A DNA stretch of 64,000 bases from a virus (taxonomy: Duplodnaviria > Caudoviricetes): IMG/VR virus record IMGVR_UViG_3300048591_000242, positions 128,001 through 192,000 of that record. One strand, 5' to 3'. Below the pieces are notes generated by a model. It was not told where the DNA came from and searched no databases. It saw only the letters and a list, made by a program, of their open reading frames with translations. This document shows positions 61,088-64,000 of the stretch, in pieces (the stretch's first letter is position 1; the number at the start of each line of letters is the position of its first letter). The position numbers and the translations under genes are program-made.

Positions 61088-62161
61088 ATGATAAATTTTA
61101 ATTTAGGCGACAATGCCAAAAATAGCTCGCCCCTGGATGTAGTACGACAAATAACCCAGGTCGTTAACGAGGCCTCTATTTCATCGCTTCCAGAATATAC
61201 CTCTCCTACAAGACTTACCCCTGTTACACTGATTGACAAAAGTCTAACTCTTGTAGAAGACAACGTACTGTCAAACATATTACAGACAATGGTGTCTATT
61301 TACTCTGCACACTATCTACAGGCAGTGGCATTAACTACCAATATTCAAGGCATAAACACCATGAAATTGTTGGATCAGTTCTCCACCAATGCAGATATCA
61401 ATGCAGGTAATATTGGTTCTGGCTGGTTAGACTTCGCAGAGATGAATGGCATCGGTACTGAATCAGCCAAGTTACCTATGTATAAGCCTTCTACTGAAGC
61501 TCGTGACAACGACCTACAGGGTCATGTTAATTTAGCTGTAGGTAGAGTACTGCATGTTAAAGTGGGCGATAACAAAAATTCAATTACTATCCCAGTAACT
61601 GTAGTAATTAACCCACGGGTAATTAACAGCGATGTACTGCCTTCTACTTTAGCTATGGTAGAAACAGATACTTCCGTTATGGGTAGATACCACAAGTGGC
61701 GTAGTGGTGAAATTGAATCGTTTATTGATTATATCTTTGCTTTAGATTTAATCGAAAATGATAAAAAGGCTTTATTAAATGACACCTCTGGTGTCTATAA
61801 AGAAGCCCGTGAAAAGAAATCAAAGAGCCTGTTCAAAAGCCTAGTTACCGGTAAGAAGACGCTTAATACGGCTTCTACTATGGCCGTTATTACTACAGCA
61901 GTAGCGGAAGAACTAGAGCTAGCTATTAAGGGTAGACTGAGTAATTTCCGTGATCGTGAAAAGTATTTCCGTGCTACAAATTCCATGATGTTGGTAGTGG
62001 CAGATACTCGACGAGAGCGTCTACAGATTTACCAGAGAGGTATCTCTGAGCACGGTACTTATACCTTTACGGATATCGAAGATGCTGGCTCTAAAAGCAA
62101 TTCTATGGACATTTCCAGTATCCTTAAGGCTTATAAGTTAGGAGAGTCTCCTTCTCTATAG
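61088..62161 (+). CDS. virion structural protein (phiKZ gp89-like)
   Basis: SL.EYT.P.R..P, NL.VG, R.HKW..G.I and G.SPSL motifs. Confidence 0.7.
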   Translation: MINFNLGDNAKNSSPLDVVRQITQVVNEASISSLPEYTSPTRLTPVTLIDKSLTLVEDNVLSNILQTMVSIYSAHYLQAVALTTNIQGINTMKLLDQFSTNADINAGNIGSGWLDFAEMNGIGTESAKLPMYKPSTEARDNDLQGHVNLAVGRVLHVKVGDNKNSITIPVTVVINPRVINSDVLPSTLAMVETDTSVMGRYHKWRSGEIESFIDYIFALDLIENDKKALLNDTSGVYKEAREKKSKSLFKSLVTGKKTLNTASTMAVITTAVAEELELAIKGRLSNFRDREKYFRATNSMMLVVADTRRERLQIYQRGISEHGTYTFTDIEDAGSKSNSMDISSILKAYKLGESPSL

Positions 62162-62209
62162 TAGAAAGGGATAAATGTATTTTTATTTGTAGTTTTGGAG
62201 ATAATAAAG

Positions 62210-63115
62210 ATGGCTAGTAAGATAGCTTCGGCTCAAGGCGGCATTCGTTCATTCGTGAGCGCTATGTTACCTACCTTTGAAAAAACCAGACTGCTTGAGG
62301 ACTTTAACTCGGCAGTAAAAGAATTACGCATTACACGTGATATGTACAATGTAGATACGCGTGACTATATGCCTGTTCTGGATAAGAAATTTGGTACTTT
62401 GGTATCTGAATTTAAGAAACACGTAAATACCTATAATGGTGATGTATTTGGTACTTTGGTAAAAATCATGGATGCTCGTTTAGCAGACATTGATAAAATT
62501 ATCGACTATGCCGAAGAGTTATATGCGCCGGTTATCGTACGTGATTTACTGGACTATCAGAAAATCAACATGTTGCGATACGTAGACGGTATTAGTTTCT
62601 TTAATAGCTACGCCAGAAAACTGATGCTTTCTGCCACTACATTAAGGCTTGGCGACAAGACTCTAGTAGCGGTAACAGATAAGCTGGATTATGAGTTTTT
62701 AAATGAACTCAATAATACCCGTTCATTTGCGATTATGAGCTCTGCATTGGAGAACAGTTATAAGGAGATTCGTCAGGCTATGGATAAAATGGCTAAGGTT
62801 ACCTTCAGTGCAGATAGTCATGAGATGGTAGCTAAGACAAATTCGGTAAGTGATCCTATGCGTTTAGGCTTTATGCCAGTAGTAGGTACTCTGGTTTACC
62901 ACATAGGCTTAGCCATAAATCTGTATCACAGTAAACGACAGGATCTGGCTCGTGAAGAGTTAGAGAAGTTAAGAATTCAGCAACTTCTACTTAGAAGAAA
63001 AGCTGAAGAATCTACTGATCCTACCGAGATCGCTAAGCTTGAGAAGCAGATGAAATACCATAATAACAGAATTAACAAAATCTCCATGTCTTTAGAAGAA
63101 ATGGCTGAGGGTTAA
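62210..63115 (+). CDS. abundant virion head protein (phiKZ gp90-like)
   Basis: DP.R.GF, C-terminal coiled coil, high-expression codons. Confidence 0.65.
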   Translation: MASKIASAQGGIRSFVSAMLPTFEKTRLLEDFNSAVKELRITRDMYNVDTRDYMPVLDKKFGTLVSEFKKHVNTYNGDVFGTLVKIMDARLADIDKIIDYAEELYAPVIVRDLLDYQKINMLRYVDGISFFNSYARKLMLSATTLRLGDKTLVAVTDKLDYEFLNELNNTRSFAIMSSALENSYKEIRQAMDKMAKVTFSADSHEMVAKTNSVSDPMRLGFMPVVGTLVYHIGLAINLYHSKRQDLAREELEKLRIQQLLLRRKAEESTDPTEIAKLEKQMKYHNNRINKISMSLEEMAEG

Positions 63116-63200
63116 ACTCTGCAATATGGTATACCTAGGGTAATGGGGGTATATTCTACCCCCTAGTGTAAATTATAACAGTGGTAGAGGGTTAAGGGTT

Positions 63201-63665
63201 ATGTTCGTTATTGACAATGAAAGCAGTTGGGTGAGGTTCGAGGAGCTATATAGAAAACAAGATATGGAAGAGCTTACCATGGCTGACGTTATGGAGATAA
63301 CAAACATTCTAAAGAAACTAATTATACCAGCAAGCTATAGCATGCAGCGTATGTCTATTTCTTTCTTTGATTTGTATTATGACCTACTGTCTACCATGAA
63401 GTATGCCATCGAAAACGATTTGCCGTTTATACCTCCCAGTAAGCCTGAGTTCTACCTGACTCTAGGGGCGGGGGAAGTTAGCAACGCCTCACTGGATGAA
63501 CAGGTAAATAAGATTCGGCCTCTACTTAGTTATTTTGCAGGTAGAACCCCTAGTAAGCACTTACGTAATGGTCTATTGGATATCTGTCTTGTCACTGACT
63601 TGAATGACCTTAGATACGTTATGAGTGTGGTGTATGCTGCTACCAGATTCTGGCGCAGAACATAA
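63201..63665 (+). CDS. hypothetical protein
   Basis: 154-aa ORF with GAGG RBS. Confidence 0.65.
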   Translation: MFVIDNESSWVRFEELYRKQDMEELTMADVMEITNILKKLIIPASYSMQRMSISFFDLYYDLLSTMKYAIENDLPFIPPSKPEFYLTLGAGEVSNASLDEQVNKIRPLLSYFAGRTPSKHLRNGLLDICLVTDLNDLRYVMSVVYAATRFWRRT

Positions 63666-63768
63666 TCAAGCAATAATACTATGTCGATAGGTAAGTTCGA
63701 CGTACTTACCCCGGCAATTTAACGTACGTCATTTTCTATAAAACTTAATTAAGTAAAGGAAGTATTTC

Positions 63769-64000
63769 ATGTCAATTCAAAATATTTTGGCCACAGCTAT
63801 GGCCGCTAAGGTATCTCAAGAGTCAGAAACAGAAGAAGTGGTTCTGGATGAAGTGTTAATGTCTTTGGATCAGTCTGAAGATATGGTTGATGCTGAACTC
63901 GAACTGTCTGAAGTTGAAGGCGCTTTGGAAATCACAGAAAACACTGAAGTTGCTCTGGAATCTCTGGCTGAAGCAGTTATTGCTTCTCAAGAAAACGGTG
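63769..64000 (+). CDS. internal head protein, N-terminal fragment (runs off the window)
   Basis: AAGGA RBS; acidic propeptide MSIQNILATAM...GALE...VALESL with repeated A-x-E sites. Confidence 0.7.
   Translation, partial: MSIQNILATAMAAKVSQESETEEVVLDEVLMSLDQSEDMVDAELELSEVEGALEITENTEVALESLAEAVIASQENG

Overview
This AT-rich window is part of a nucleus-forming jumbo phage genome (phiKZ-like, Chimalliviridae), probably infecting a gammaproteobacterium. The core block follows the familiar phiKZ order: PhuZ tubulin, small hypotheticals, split family-B DNA polymerase part 1, chimallin (ChmA), nvRNAP beta-prime N-terminal subunit, SbcD, ChmC-like, gp68 sigma-like, PicA-like, nvRNAP beta and beta-prime C-terminal subunits, SF2 helicase, vRNAP beta-prime fragment, polymerase exonuclease part, then virion head and baseplate genes. 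phiKZ gene numbers below come from recalled synteny and motifs, not from a database search. Three self-splicing elements sit in catalytic motifs: the 3' end of a probable group I intron in phuZ, a complete group I intron with an HNH endonuclease in the RNAP beta-prime DxDGD motif, and a class-3-type intein in the helicase P-loop. Accessory genes include NAD-dependent ligase, dUTPase, a MazG-like protein, a holin-like protein, an alpha/beta hydrolase and a dNMP kinase. The strongest candidates for undescribed biology are (1) a dispersed phage-encoded Clp proteolysis toolkit: tandem SspB-like adaptors, a coupled ClpP plus catalytically dead ClpP-like pair, a degenerate HslV-like protein and a possible C-terminal Ala-Ala degron on the unspliced RNAP product; (2) two adjacent, highly structured, partly complementary GC-rich RNA elements upstream of the polymerase; (3) the phuZ intron; and (4) two recurrent cis-motifs, TATATTAC-N12-CAACCAC and hairpin plus TATGCYGT. 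No tRNA, rRNA or CRISPR array was seen.
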